DNA of 64,000 nt from Chitinophaga pinensis (lineage in GTDB: Bacteria; Bacteroidota; Bacteroidia; Palsa-965), in contig CALRZN010000018.1 of assembly GCA_943372645.1 (NCBI GenBank), positions 27,771 to 91,770 of the forward strand. The letters run 5' to 3'. Below the pieces are notes generated by a model. That model saw only the letters and a program-made list of their open reading frames with translations, had not been told where the DNA came from and made no database searches. The translations under genes were made by a program, and so were the position numbers. The stretch's first letter is position 1. Each line of letters starts with the position of its first letter. This document shows positions 37,486-46,954 of this stretch, piece after piece.

Positions 37486-39462
37486 ATGCCCGTTTATATA
37501 AAACGCTTTTCATTGATCGTCCTGTTGCTGCTGAATGCAGGCAGCGGCTGGTGTGGTATTTCGGAAGGAGACCTGGTTAAAAAAGCAGATCTTCTTTTCG
37601 GACGCCGCGAGTATGAAATGGCTTATGATTATTACCTGAAGCTGAAAGCACTCTCACCCGATAAACTGCTTTATGAATACCGCGCAGGGGTGTGTGCCAT
37701 TTACAACGGCGACGGACCAACCGCACTGGGTTTTCTGACCAACTGCCTGAGTAAAGACACCAGTCTGACGGACATTAATTTCTTCCTCGGCCGCGCATAT
37801 CTCATTAACGACAAACCGGAAGAAGCACGTGGGTATTTCAAAAAACAGATTACAAAAGAGCCGGATGAAACGCAACGGGTAAGGCTGCAGTTTTATGTGA
37901 ACTACTGCAATAACGCCATTGAACTTTTGAAAAAACCGGTTAACGCTACCGTTGCCAACCTCGGTCGCCCGCTCAACTCGCCCGGTGATGAATATGCGCC
38001 GCTCATTCTGCCCGGAGATGTGGGCATGCTGTTTACCTATAAAGGTGTGCAGAGCAAAGGCGGCAAACAATATGTGCTCGGAAGAAACGACTCGGCCGGT
38101 TTTTTCCTTGAAGATGTGCTGGAAAGCCGCGTTACCAAAAACGGCTGGTCAAACCCGTTGCCGCTGAGCGACAGTGTAAATACCAAAATGCACGATGCAT
38201 CAGCAGCCATTTCGCCTGACGGAAATACACTTTACATTTTCCGCAGCTCGTCAAAAAATGGCGGCGATATTTACGCCTGCAAAAAGCGTGGCATGGATTG
38301 GTCAATGCCCGAAAAACTGAAAGGTGCAATTAACAGCCCGCAGTGGGATGGCAGCATTACATTCAGCGTTGATGGACGTACAGCGTATTTCGCAAGCGAT
38401 CGCCCGGGCGGATACGGTGGAAAAGATTTATACCGTGCAACGCTGCAGGACGATGGTACCTGGGGCAATGTGCAGAACCTTGGCCCGAACATCAATACAC
38501 AATTGGATGATGACGCGCCGGCACTTTTTTCCGACGGCAAAAAAATGGCGTATGCCTCCAAAGGACAAAACAGCATGGGTGGTTATGATATTTTCTTTGC
38601 TGAACTGCTGGCGGATAACAATACCTGGAATGAAGGCAAAAACGCCGGTTACCCGATTAACTCCACCATGGATGATATTTATTATGTGGTGGGTGCTGAC
38701 GGGGTTTCTGCATTATTCAGTTCCAACCGCGCGGGCGGAAACGGGGGCATGGACCTGTACATTGTGGAACCGGGCGAACCGGCGAAAGCCAATGAACTGG
38801 TACTGATCAAAGGCTCCGTTACACTTGATGATATTCCTGCCGCTGCTACTGTTTCCGTTACCACCGGGGCAAAAGATTCGCTGTATGGTGATTACAAAAG
38901 CAACAAAACAAACGGACGTTATGCGGTCTCGCTTCCTCCGGGCAGTGATTATAAAATCACATTCATCATGAGTGGCAATGTGGATTCGATCCGCCAGTTT
39001 AATGCAACGGAAGTGAAAAGTTTTGTGTCGAAAGAATTTGATGTGGCATTTTATACCGATGCCTACAAACGTATTTTTTATGAACGATTTGGTATTAAAG
39101 ACACCAGTGAACTGACCCGCCGGCTGATTTCACTTGCTGCAGACAGTTTGACGATGCCTACCGGGCAGAAAATGGTGATGCGCCGCGATTCCAGCACAAA
39201 CTACCAGAACGAAGACGGGTCGGAAATTGCGAAAGGGCTGTTCATTGTAATCGGTTCATTCCGCAACGTGCCGTATGCGAAGCGCCTCCAGGAAAAGATT
39301 AAACTGGAAGCAAAATATCCTTCGCATGACCTGATTTACAACCGGAAAAACAAATTCACCTACGTTGTGGTTGCGCATCCGAAAGATCCGGTGGAGGCTG
39401 CTGAATGGGTTGCAAAGGCGCGCCTGGAGTATGCTGATGCGTGGGTGCAGAAGCTGGATTAA
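37486..39462 (+). CDS. PorE-like periplasmic protein: TPR + PD40/TolB-type beta-propeller + carboxypeptidase-regulatory-like domain + C-terminal SPOR-like domain
   Basis: TPR-like helices in the first ~150 aa. PD40 motifs: SPDGNTLYIFRSS..GGDIY, SVDGRTAYFASDRPGGYGGKDLY, SDGKKMAYASKG..GGYDIF, FSSNRAGGNGGMDLY. CRD-like IKGSVTLDD...GRYAVSLPPGSDYKITF. C-terminus GLFIVIGSFRNVPYAKRLQEKI...FTYVVVAHPKDPVEAAEWVAKAR..ADAWV resembles SPOR. Confidence 0.7.
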   Translation: MPVYIKRFSLIVLLLLNAGSGWCGISEGDLVKKADLLFGRREYEMAYDYYLKLKALSPDKLLYEYRAGVCAIYNGDGPTALGFLTNCLSKDTSLTDINFFLGRAYLINDKPEEARGYFKKQITKEPDETQRVRLQFYVNYCNNAIELLKKPVNATVANLGRPLNSPGDEYAPLILPGDVGMLFTYKGVQSKGGKQYVLGRNDSAGFFLEDVLESRVTKNGWSNPLPLSDSVNTKMHDASAAISPDGNTLYIFRSSSKNGGDIYACKKRGMDWSMPEKLKGAINSPQWDGSITFSVDGRTAYFASDRPGGYGGKDLYRATLQDDGTWGNVQNLGPNINTQLDDDAPALFSDGKKMAYASKGQNSMGGYDIFFAELLADNNTWNEGKNAGYPINSTMDDIYYVVGADGVSALFSSNRAGGNGGMDLYIVEPGEPAKANELVLIKGSVTLDDIPAAATVSVTTGAKDSLYGDYKSNKTNGRYAVSLPPGSDYKITFIMSGNVDSIRQFNATEVKSFVSKEFDVAFYTDAYKRIFYERFGIKDTSELTRRLISLAADSLTMPTGQKMVMRRDSSTNYQNEDGSEIAKGLFIVIGSFRNVPYAKRLQEKIKLEAKYPSHDLIYNRKNKFTYVVVAHPKDPVEAAEWVAKARLEYADAWVQKLD

Positions 39463-39496
39463 ATCCCTGTAATACACATCCGCGCACTGTTAATGC

Positions 39497-39760
39497 ATGA
39501 AATGCCGGCCGGTATTATTGGGTTCTCTGCTCTTATTCCTCGCAGGGAATATTGCTTCCTGCAAAAATAAACTGCCTGTTGATGGTGCGTTGGAAATAGG
39601 CTTCCCGTTTCGTTTTATTTATTACGTCTATACGAACCGGGATACGGGTTTTTACTTCAATATCGAAACATTAGGTGCAGATATCGCAATTGCATCAGGC
39701 GTTGCATGGTGCGCTGTTTGGGGCTATAATTACCTGCGCAAACGAATCAAGTCCGTTTAA
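39497..39760 (+). CDS. small hypothetical lipoprotein/membrane protein
   Basis: LLFLAGNIASC lipobox plus a C-terminal hydrophobic segment. It overlaps the convergent M23 gene by 14 nt, so coding status is uncertain. Confidence 0.4.
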   Translation: MKCRPVLLGSLLLFLAGNIASCKNKLPVDGALEIGFPFRFIYYVYTNRDTGFYFNIETLGADIAIASGVAWCAVWGYNYLRKRIKSV

Positions 39761-41477
39761 ACGATTTCTTGTACACCACTTCGTTGCCTTTTTTATCCGC
39801 AACAGTCAGCACCAGTTCGTGATCGCCTTTACCCACGTGTTCATCAAACGTATAAAACAGCAGGCGTTTTTTGGGTTCGTATTCCAGCAGCACCCATTTG
39901 CCGTCAATCAGCAGTTTGTATAAACCGATACCGCTGAAATTATCACCGACTGTAAAACCAATGAATTTTAAAGCAGAGAAATCGGTCTGCACTTTTCCTT
40001 TCTGATCGAAATTGGAAGGCGTAACCGTTGGGGCTTTGGTATCGGTTCCGATGGTGTAGCTGCCGAATGCTTTGATGGTGCCGGTTACTTTGCCATCGGC
40101 AAATGTTCCCCCGGAGTAACTGCGCGTGCCTTTGTCGCTGATGCCTACAAGGAACGCTTTTGTTTTCAGTGAATCAGGCAGTAGCGGGGCATAAATGGAA
40201 AGCGTACAGGCATTGTGCAGCGGTATCAGCGGGTTGCCGATGCGCACGTACGGAACTTCTCCTTTGCCTGCAAGATTGCTGATGCCAATGGAATCGCGCT
40301 CGTAAATGGATTTTTCAGGCATGCTGAAATCACATACATCTTTTATCCCGAGCGTGAGTGCAGCAGCGCAGTTGTGTATTTTTTTTGCAGCATCGGCGGC
40401 CGCTTTGGCCTGGGCGTAACCGGATTTGCTTTTCAGGATGAGGCTGCATTCGGCAGCATTGCCAAAACAATCGGCAATGCGGTAGCGCAATGTATCGGTG
40501 CTGTTGCTGTTCAGTTCCAGGCTGCCGTTGTTCTGCACATTGTAAAACACATGCAGGGGCGAACATTCGGCAACATAACTGCATTGGTACAGTTTTTTGC
40601 GTTTTTCCTGTTCGGCATAATCAATAAAACAATTGATGCCGCGCGAATCGGCAAACCCCATGCGTTCGAGGCGATGCCCATAAAGCTGCGTTTTGTTTTT
40701 GAACAGTTCAATACAGTACACCCCGTTTTTTCCGTGCCGCAGGTTTTCGAAATCATGACATTCCACACCAACTTTAAAATGCCCGGAAAGTGTGATGGTT
40801 TCAGCAGCAACCGGCACATATTTTTTTCCTGCTTTTTTTACCGCGATGTATTTTGTTTTATTCACCCCGTTGATGGTGGAATACGCATCGAGCGGAAAAA
40901 TGGCAATGGTTTGAATTACCGGTGCAACCGTATCGCGCACACCGAGGCCGAACAGTTGCGGATTTAATGCTTCTTCGGTTTGCGCATCACGAATTTCAAA
41001 ATGCAGGTGCGGGCCGCCGGAGCTTCCGGTATTTCCGGAATAAGCAACGAGGTCGCCTTTTTTTACCGGCAGATCGCCGGGACGTGGCAGCAGTTCGATT
41101 TCAGAAACTTCGCGGCTGTACTGTTCTTTTTCGAGGTATTCGCTGATGGCTTTGTTGTAATTATTCAGGTGCCCGTAAACGGTAACGTAACCGTTGGAGT
41201 GTGTAATGTAAAGTGCTTTGCCGTAACCATACGGGCCTACCTTTATGCGTGTAACATAACCATCGGCTGCGGCACGCACCGGCAGGTTTTGCTGGTTGCT
41301 TGTTGTGATGTCAATGCCGGCGTGAAAATGATTCGGACGCAGTTCCCCAAAGTTGCCCGACAGTTTCAGCGGGATATCCATGGGTGAACGGAAATAATTT
41401 TTCGGATACTCAACCTGCTGTGCCGCAAGGGTTACCGAAAAAAAACAGGACAGGTATATGGAAATAAGCTTTTTCAT
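39747..41477 (-). CDS. M23 family metallopeptidase
   Basis: Signal peptide MKKLISIYLSCFFSVTLAAQ (ATG at 41477). HxxxD motif HFHAGIDITT and HxH motif GGPHLHFEIRD. The longer ORF to 41741 has no support. Confidence 0.85.
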   Translation of the reverse strand: MKKLISIYLSCFFSVTLAAQQVEYPKNYFRSPMDIPLKLSGNFGELRPNHFHAGIDITTSNQQNLPVRAAADGYVTRIKVGPYGYGKALYITHSNGYVTVYGHLNNYNKAISEYLEKEQYSREVSEIELLPRPGDLPVKKGDLVAYSGNTGSSGGPHLHFEIRDAQTEEALNPQLFGLGVRDTVAPVIQTIAIFPLDAYSTINGVNKTKYIAVKKAGKKYVPVAAETITLSGHFKVGVECHDFENLRHGKNGVYCIELFKNKTQLYGHRLERMGFADSRGINCFIDYAEQEKRKKLYQCSYVAECSPLHVFYNVQNNGSLELNSNSTDTLRYRIADCFGNAAECSLILKSKSGYAQAKAAADAAKKIHNCAAALTLGIKDVCDFSMPEKSIYERDSIGISNLAGKGEVPYVRIGNPLIPLHNACTLSIYAPLLPDSLKTKAFLVGISDKGTRSYSGGTFADGKVTGTIKAFGSYTIGTDTKAPTVTPSNFDQKGKVQTDFSALKFIGFTVGDNFSGIGLYKLLIDGKWVLLEYEPKKRLLFYTFDEHVGKGDHELVLTVADKKGNEVVYKKSFKRT

Positions 41478-41492
41478 GAATCTTGTATGCAG

Positions 41493-41500
41493 CAAAGGTA
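41493..41500 (-). promoter_or_regulatory. Candidate -7 box (TACCTTTG on the minus strand) for the M23 peptidase gene
   Basis: Matches TAnnTTTG, 15 nt upstream of the ATG at 41477. Confidence 0.35.
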
Positions 41501-41524
41501 GTTTTACTGCCTGCCTAAAACTCA

Positions 41525-41532
41525 TATATTTG
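41525..41532 (+). promoter_or_regulatory. Candidate -7 box TATATTTG for the MORN/TonB_C gene array
   Basis: Matches TAnnTTTG, 18 nt upstream of the ATG at 41551, in the 73-nt divergent intergenic region. Confidence 0.4.
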
Positions 41533-41550
41533 ATAAACAACTTTTCAACC

Positions 41551-42537
41551 ATGCGAAGTGTATTGCTTTTTTTAGCCGCCGTTGCATTTACATGCACGTT
41601 ACAGGCACAACCCGAAAACGGACCATTTACCGAACTGCATCCTGCAGGACAGAAAGCCGCATCGGGCATGATGAAAAACGGGAAGAAAGACGGGGAATGG
41701 AAATTCTGGACCGCCAACGGCGTACTCATCGAAGTTTCCAATTTCCGTGAAGGTGAACTCGACGGAAAAAGCAGTGAATACTACGGCGAAAAATGGCTGA
41801 AAAAAGAAACGAACTACCGCAACGGCCAGCGCGACGGACTCACGCGTTTGTTTGATGAAAGCGGCCACCTGTACCAGACGAAAAACTACCGCAACGACGA
41901 ACTCGACGGTGAATACACGGAATACACCTGGTACAACAACCGCGAAATGCCCCTGGTGAAATACAATTTCCGCGACGGCAAAAAAGAAGGCAAATACCAG
42001 GAGTGGCATACCAACGGCACGTTGCGCGCCGAAACCACATTCCGTTCCGATACCTTATTTACAGCTGTGGAAGTAACATACTCCAACGGTTACAAAACAA
42101 AACCAGGCGACAGTTATTATTGCGCCGAACTCCGCAACACACGCATTTTTTCCATGCTCGGTGAAAGCAAATTTGAAGAGGAACTGGAAATGTGCGAGAT
42201 GAATACCTACAACAATGTGCAAACGTATCCCGACGATCAACCCGAATTTATCGGTGGTATTGCAGCCATGCAGAAATTTATCAGCGACAGCACCCGTTAC
42301 CCGAAACGCTGTAAAGACGCACAGCAGGGCGGTACCGCGTATGTGCAGTTTGTAGTGGAAAAAAGCGGTAAAACGAACCTTGTCCGCCTCGTGAAAGGTG
42401 TAAACAATTGCCCCGAACTGAATAACGAAGCCATTCGCATTGTACAGTCCATGCCGAAATGGAAACCCGCCATGATGGACGGGAAAAAAGTGCGCTGTTA
42501 TTACACCATCCCGGTTAAATTCAAACCAGCCGGATGA
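41551..42537 (+). CDS. signal-peptide MORN-variant (YwqK-like) repeat protein with a TonB C-terminal domain
   Basis: Signal peptide MRSVLLFLAAVAFTCTLQAQ. MORN_2-like units (KDGEWKFWTANGVL, GELDGKSSEYY, GQRDGLTRLFDESG, DELDGEYTEY, GKKEGKYQEWHTNG). C-terminus GGTAYVQFVVEKSG...EAIRIVQSMPKWKPAMMDGKKV...IPVKF. Confidence 0.8.
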   Translation: MRSVLLFLAAVAFTCTLQAQPENGPFTELHPAGQKAASGMMKNGKKDGEWKFWTANGVLIEVSNFREGELDGKSSEYYGEKWLKKETNYRNGQRDGLTRLFDESGHLYQTKNYRNDELDGEYTEYTWYNNREMPLVKYNFRDGKKEGKYQEWHTNGTLRAETTFRSDTLFTAVEVTYSNGYKTKPGDSYYCAELRNTRIFSMLGESKFEEELEMCEMNTYNNVQTYPDDQPEFIGGIAAMQKFISDSTRYPKRCKDAQQGGTAYVQFVVEKSGKTNLVRLVKGVNNCPELNNEAIRIVQSMPKWKPAMMDGKKVRCYYTIPVKFKPAG

Positions 42538-44375
42538 TGAAACGCAACCTGCTGACCCTGATTGCAGCGCTGCTGCTGTGTACAACCCTGCATGCACAGG
42601 AAAAAAAGCGCTGGACGGTAACGTTTCATGCCAATGAAACCATTGCTTCGGAAGGTTACCTCGTCAATAAAAAAAAAGCGGGCAAGTGGAAGTACTACGA
42701 CCCCAGCGGAAAACTGACGCATTACATCACCTATAAAAACGACCTGCGCAATGGCTGGGAAATGTATTACCTGCCAGACAATGATACGTTGCGTTTGGTA
42801 TATAACCGCAATGATGTGCCGGACAGCACCTATAAAGAGTGGGATATTGACGGGCGACTGATTACCAGCGGATTTTATAAAAATGGTAAACGCGACAGCA
42901 CCTGGAATTTCTGGAAAGCCATTCCTTCAACCGGGCAGAATTGGGTGTGGATGGTTCCAACATTTACCATTTCTGTTTCACCGGGATCAGGGCAGAAAAA
43001 TAAACCGGCGCCGAAATATGTTGATCCCGGGCGCCTGGTAAAAACAGCCACGTATAAAAATGATGAATTAGACGGACCGTATGCCGAATACGATCTAACC
43101 ACGGCGCAGCAGCTCATCAGCGGCGCGTACAAAGCAGGCAGAAAAAACGGCGCATTTATCGAAATGACCAAAGACCGCAAAGGGTATATGGAATACACCT
43201 GGCGCAACGATACGCTGGTAAAAGAAGCCGAGCTTTGGGATGCCTCCGGGCGGCAGCGGAAAAAAGAATACGAATTGCGTGATGGCGTGAAATACGGTTC
43301 GTACCGCGAGTGGTATGATTATTCAGCGGTAGAAAAACTGACCGGTTCGTACCGGAACGGTTTGCGTGAAGGCCTCTTTACTGAGTTCAATAGTGCCGGA
43401 AAAAAGAAACTCACTTACACCTATGTTGCCGGTGTGCTGCAGGGCGAACGCTGTGATTATGATGCGAATGGAAATATTGAAACACGGGGTTACCTGAAAA
43501 ACAGCATGTACGACAGTACATTCACCGAATTTTATGAAACCGGTGAAAAATACTGGGAAGGCCGTTGCCGAAACGGTTTGTTCGAAGGCGAGTTTACTGC
43601 ATTTTACAAAAGCGGCATTGCGAAAGAAAAAGGATTTTACAGCAACGATGTGCGCGAAGGAACCGTTTACGGTTTTACCACCGATGGCCGCAGGCAGTTC
43701 ACAGCCGGTTACAAAAACGGCATGCTGCACGGGCTGTACCTTGAATATCACGAAAACGGAAACGTGTTTATTTCACAGCAGTTTCTGAACGATACGTTTG
43801 CAGGTACACCCACCTATTTTAATGAAAAAGGAAAACCGATTGTCTACATCGCACAAAATGCAAACAGCAACGGGCCATTGCGTGTGGATGAACCGATAGA
43901 AGTTGTAGTGCGTACGAGCAACATTTCGCGGTATTATAATGGTGGATATACGGCAACTCCGGTTCCGGTAAAACCTGATCTGCCGGCCCTGCTGCGCAAA
44001 AGAGCAAATGAAGTGCTGGAGATGAACCGGCAGCGTGCAACGGCACTGCCCGGTGAAGAATGGGTTGAAGTTTCTGAACGCGCTGAATTTCCGGGTGGAA
44101 TGGAAGCATTCCGGCAATTTGTTCAAAAGAATGCGATGTATCCCCAGGTGGAACGTGAAATGGGCATTCAGGGCAGCCTGTTCATGAAGATTACCATTGA
44201 CAAAACAGGTACGCTCACCGCCATCGAATTACTGAAAGCATTACCCGGAAGTACCTATACCGCCAAAGAAGCGGAACGCGTGCTGAAAAATTCGCCCAAA
44301 TGGAAACCCGCGAAAAAGAACGGCCGCGCTGTTGATGATGAATTCACAATAAGGTTTAAATTTGTGCTTGAATGA
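42534..44375 (+). CDS. signal-peptide MORN-variant repeat protein with a TonB C-terminal domain
   Basis: ATGA overlap with the upstream gene. Signal peptide ...LLCTTLHAQ and more than 10 MORN_2-like units. C-terminus IQGSLFMKITIDKTG...SPKWKPAKKNGRAV...IRFKF. Confidence 0.8.
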   Translation: MMKRNLLTLIAALLLCTTLHAQEKKRWTVTFHANETIASEGYLVNKKKAGKWKYYDPSGKLTHYITYKNDLRNGWEMYYLPDNDTLRLVYNRNDVPDSTYKEWDIDGRLITSGFYKNGKRDSTWNFWKAIPSTGQNWVWMVPTFTISVSPGSGQKNKPAPKYVDPGRLVKTATYKNDELDGPYAEYDLTTAQQLISGAYKAGRKNGAFIEMTKDRKGYMEYTWRNDTLVKEAELWDASGRQRKKEYELRDGVKYGSYREWYDYSAVEKLTGSYRNGLREGLFTEFNSAGKKKLTYTYVAGVLQGERCDYDANGNIETRGYLKNSMYDSTFTEFYETGEKYWEGRCRNGLFEGEFTAFYKSGIAKEKGFYSNDVREGTVYGFTTDGRRQFTAGYKNGMLHGLYLEYHENGNVFISQQFLNDTFAGTPTYFNEKGKPIVYIAQNANSNGPLRVDEPIEVVVRTSNISRYYNGGYTATPVPVKPDLPALLRKRANEVLEMNRQRATALPGEEWVEVSERAEFPGGMEAFRQFVQKNAMYPQVEREMGIQGSLFMKITIDKTGTLTAIELLKALPGSTYTAKEAERVLKNSPKWKPAKKNGRAVDDEFTIRFKFVLE

Positions 44376-46099
44376 ACGCACGAATTACCGCGGCCCTGCT
44401 GCTCCTGTTTTTTTCCTGTACCCTTTTTGCACAGACAGACCTTCCGAAACGCGGGCTGTATGTATCGTTTCATCCGAACCACAAAAAAGCATGGGTGGGT
44501 AAATGCCGCCATTACCAGAAACACGGCAAATGGAAATACTTCGACGAGCAAGGCAATCTGCTGAAAGTAGAACCGTATTCACATGGTAAGCTGAACGGCC
44601 TGAAAAAAGAATTTTTTGCAAACGGCAAAACGGCTTCTGAAGGCGCATACATCAACGACAAACCCGAAGGCGAATGGAAAACCTGGGGGCCGGAAGGGCA
44701 ACTGTTGCTGGCTTTTAATTACAAGGACGGACAACCAGTTGGAACCTGGCAATACTTTTACGGCAACGGAAAAATAAGGCGAACGGAATATTACCTCGCC
44801 GGGAAAAAAGAAGGTGTGCAGCACGAGTTCTGGGAAAACGGAAATCCGAAAACAGATATATCTACTTCTGCCGGCATACGCAACGGGCTGACCATTAATT
44901 ATGACAGCAACGGCAAGCGTACATCACAAACAGAATTTGTAAACGACATCAAGCACGGGCTGGAACAGGAATGGAAAAACGAACAGCTGGTAAAAGCGGC
45001 GGAATACCGCAACGGCCTGCTCAACGGATTTGTCCACCACTGGAACAGCAAAGGCGATACGCTGGAATGGGCTTCGTATGTGAACAACATCCGTGAAGGG
45101 CAAACCATCCGCTGGAAAAACAATAAACGGGTAAGTGAAGAATTTTATGTGAATGACAAACAGCAGGGCCAGTGTAATTATTACGACCGGCAGACCGGCA
45201 ATTTGCTTTACATCCGCTGGATGAATGCGGGAAAACCAGACAGCCTGCAAACTTTTTACGCGAACGGGCAGCGCCAGAACCGCGAATGTTTTAACGATGC
45301 CGGGTTGCGCAACGGCCGTTATTTTGAATGGAGCGAAAACGGCAATGTGCTTGTGACCGGTTATTATTTTAACGGGCAGAAACAGTTTGTGTGGAAAGTG
45401 TTTTACCCGAACGGTAATTTAAAATCCATTGCCACATATCAGCTCGGCAGCCTCAGCGGTGCGTACTCGCGTTATTATGGAAATGGTAAAAAAATGTTCC
45501 TGCAGCAATTTGCAGTAGGGGAGGCCGAAACCAAAGCGGAAGGCAAGCCGCAGATATGGGACGAAAACGGCAAACCGCTGAAACCGGGCAGTACACAATA
45601 CGAAGCCATCAAAGCCAGCGTGTATGTGGAAGAAACATTTGTGAAACCGGTGAATACGGATAAACGGTATCCGCCGGTTGAAACAACAGATGGTGCATCA
45701 ATTGCCACGCCTGTTGAACAGATCGGTACCGATGCATCACCGGTGATGATAACAAAGAATGACCTGGTGATTGAAAAAGAAGAAGCTGTTTTTTCATTTG
45801 CAGAACAAATGCCGGTTTTCCCGGGCGGGGAAGCGGCGTTAAATAAATTCATAACAGAAAATATCCGTAAGCCCGGAGGTTATTCCGATACAGACAGCAG
45901 GGGTGTCGTTTTTTTAAATTTTGTAGTTAATGCAGATGGATCAGTAAGGGATGTCAAAGTAATGAAGGACATGAAAGGCAAACCGGAGTTTTCCGAAGAA
46001 GCCATACGCGTCATCAAAAGCATGCCGAAGTGGGAGCCCGGGAAAATGAATGGCAGGCCCGTTGCTGTAAGCATGACTATTCCGGTGCGGTTTAATTAA
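44372..46099 (+). CDS. signal-peptide MORN-variant repeat protein with a TonB C-terminal domain
   Basis: ATGA overlap with the upstream gene. Signal peptide ...FFSCTLFAQ and many MORN_2-like units (GKLNGLKKEFFANG, DKPEGEWKTWGPEG, ...). C-terminus RGVVFLNFVVNADG...MPKWEPGKMNGRPV...IPVRF. Confidence 0.8.
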   Translation: MNARITAALLLLFFSCTLFAQTDLPKRGLYVSFHPNHKKAWVGKCRHYQKHGKWKYFDEQGNLLKVEPYSHGKLNGLKKEFFANGKTASEGAYINDKPEGEWKTWGPEGQLLLAFNYKDGQPVGTWQYFYGNGKIRRTEYYLAGKKEGVQHEFWENGNPKTDISTSAGIRNGLTINYDSNGKRTSQTEFVNDIKHGLEQEWKNEQLVKAAEYRNGLLNGFVHHWNSKGDTLEWASYVNNIREGQTIRWKNNKRVSEEFYVNDKQQGQCNYYDRQTGNLLYIRWMNAGKPDSLQTFYANGQRQNRECFNDAGLRNGRYFEWSENGNVLVTGYYFNGQKQFVWKVFYPNGNLKSIATYQLGSLSGAYSRYYGNGKKMFLQQFAVGEAETKAEGKPQIWDENGKPLKPGSTQYEAIKASVYVEETFVKPVNTDKRYPPVETTDGASIATPVEQIGTDASPVMITKNDLVIEKEEAVFSFAEQMPVFPGGEAALNKFITENIRKPGGYSDTDSRGVVFLNFVVNADGSVRDVKVMKDMKGKPEFSEEAIRVIKSMPKWEPGKMNGRPVAVSMTIPVRFN

Positions 46100-46168
46100 T
46101 GACTTTTTGCGGTTTGTGAAAAAGCGGTTAAACTTGCGTCTTCAACCCGTAAAATATACTATTCGTTA

Positions 46169-46942
46169 ATGCTGTATAATCTAAAAGCAATTCAGAAATT
46201 ACTGTTTTTGGCTTTACTTTTTTTGCCAACGATTACAGCTAACGCCCAGCCCGCCGATACCACCATCTATACCGTTACCGATTCCATGCCCGTGTTTCCC
46301 GGCGGAACAGATGCACTGAAAAAATACCTTGAAGAACATACGCGTTACCCGGTTTCGGAAATGCAATGGGATACAAGAGTTACCGTTATTGTTCGTTTTG
46401 TGGTAGAAAAAGACGGAACAGTTTCAGGAGTTGTACCTGTTAAGGAAGTAAAAGACGGCCCTGGTTTTACTGCAGAAGCTTTGCGTGTGGCCCGCAGCAT
46501 GCCGTTCTGGTTTCCTGCGTACAATAAGGGGTTACCTGTACGCTGTTATATGTACATCCCGGTGAAATTTGTTCCTGCTCCTAAACCCGCAATCCGTGAT
46601 ACGCTTGCCATTTCGGATAATGCGCCACTTGTAAATCCTGAAGTTCATCCCATGTTTCCCGGCGGTGACAGTGAACTGATGAAATACATTCGTGGGCATA
46701 TTGTTTATCCGCAATTATGCCTCGAAATAGGTGTAACAGGAGTGGTGTGGGTTAACGTAACCGTGGAAACCGATGGCAGCCTTTCGGAGATAACAGCAGC
46801 GAAGGAAGTGAAAGAATGTCCGCCATTAACACAGGAAGCGTTGCGCCTGGTAAAAAACATGCCACGCTGGATACCCGGTACCTATAACGGAACCACTGTT
46901 CGTATGGGAATGCGAATTCCTGTTAGATTTGTATTGAACTAA
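46169..46942 (+). CDS. secreted protein with two tandem TonB C-terminal domains
   Basis: Signal peptide ...TITANAQ. Domain 1: PVFPGG..., RVTVIVRFVVEKDG...MPFWFPAYNKGLPV...IPVKF. Domain 2: PMFPGG..., GVVWVNVTVETDG...MPRWIPGTYNGTTV...IPVRF. Confidence 0.8.
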   Translation: MLYNLKAIQKLLFLALLFLPTITANAQPADTTIYTVTDSMPVFPGGTDALKKYLEEHTRYPVSEMQWDTRVTVIVRFVVEKDGTVSGVVPVKEVKDGPGFTAEALRVARSMPFWFPAYNKGLPVRCYMYIPVKFVPAPKPAIRDTLAISDNAPLVNPEVHPMFPGGDSELMKYIRGHIVYPQLCLEIGVTGVVWVNVTVETDGSLSEITAAKEVKECPPLTQEALRLVKNMPRWIPGTYNGTTVRMGMRIPVRFVLN

Positions 46943-46954
46943 TCCAATCCGCTG

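Noticed and set aside
41478-41741. N-terminal extensions of track ORFs. These are 39747-41741 for the M23 peptidase, and likewise 56000-56188, 58266-58325, 59117-59542, 61190-61255, 26544-26666, 51605-51679 and 21768-21788.
   Set aside because: In each case an internal ATG yields a typical N-terminus (signal peptide or conserved family start) and removes overlap with the upstream gene, promoter or terminator. Several of the track starts are non-ATG codons.
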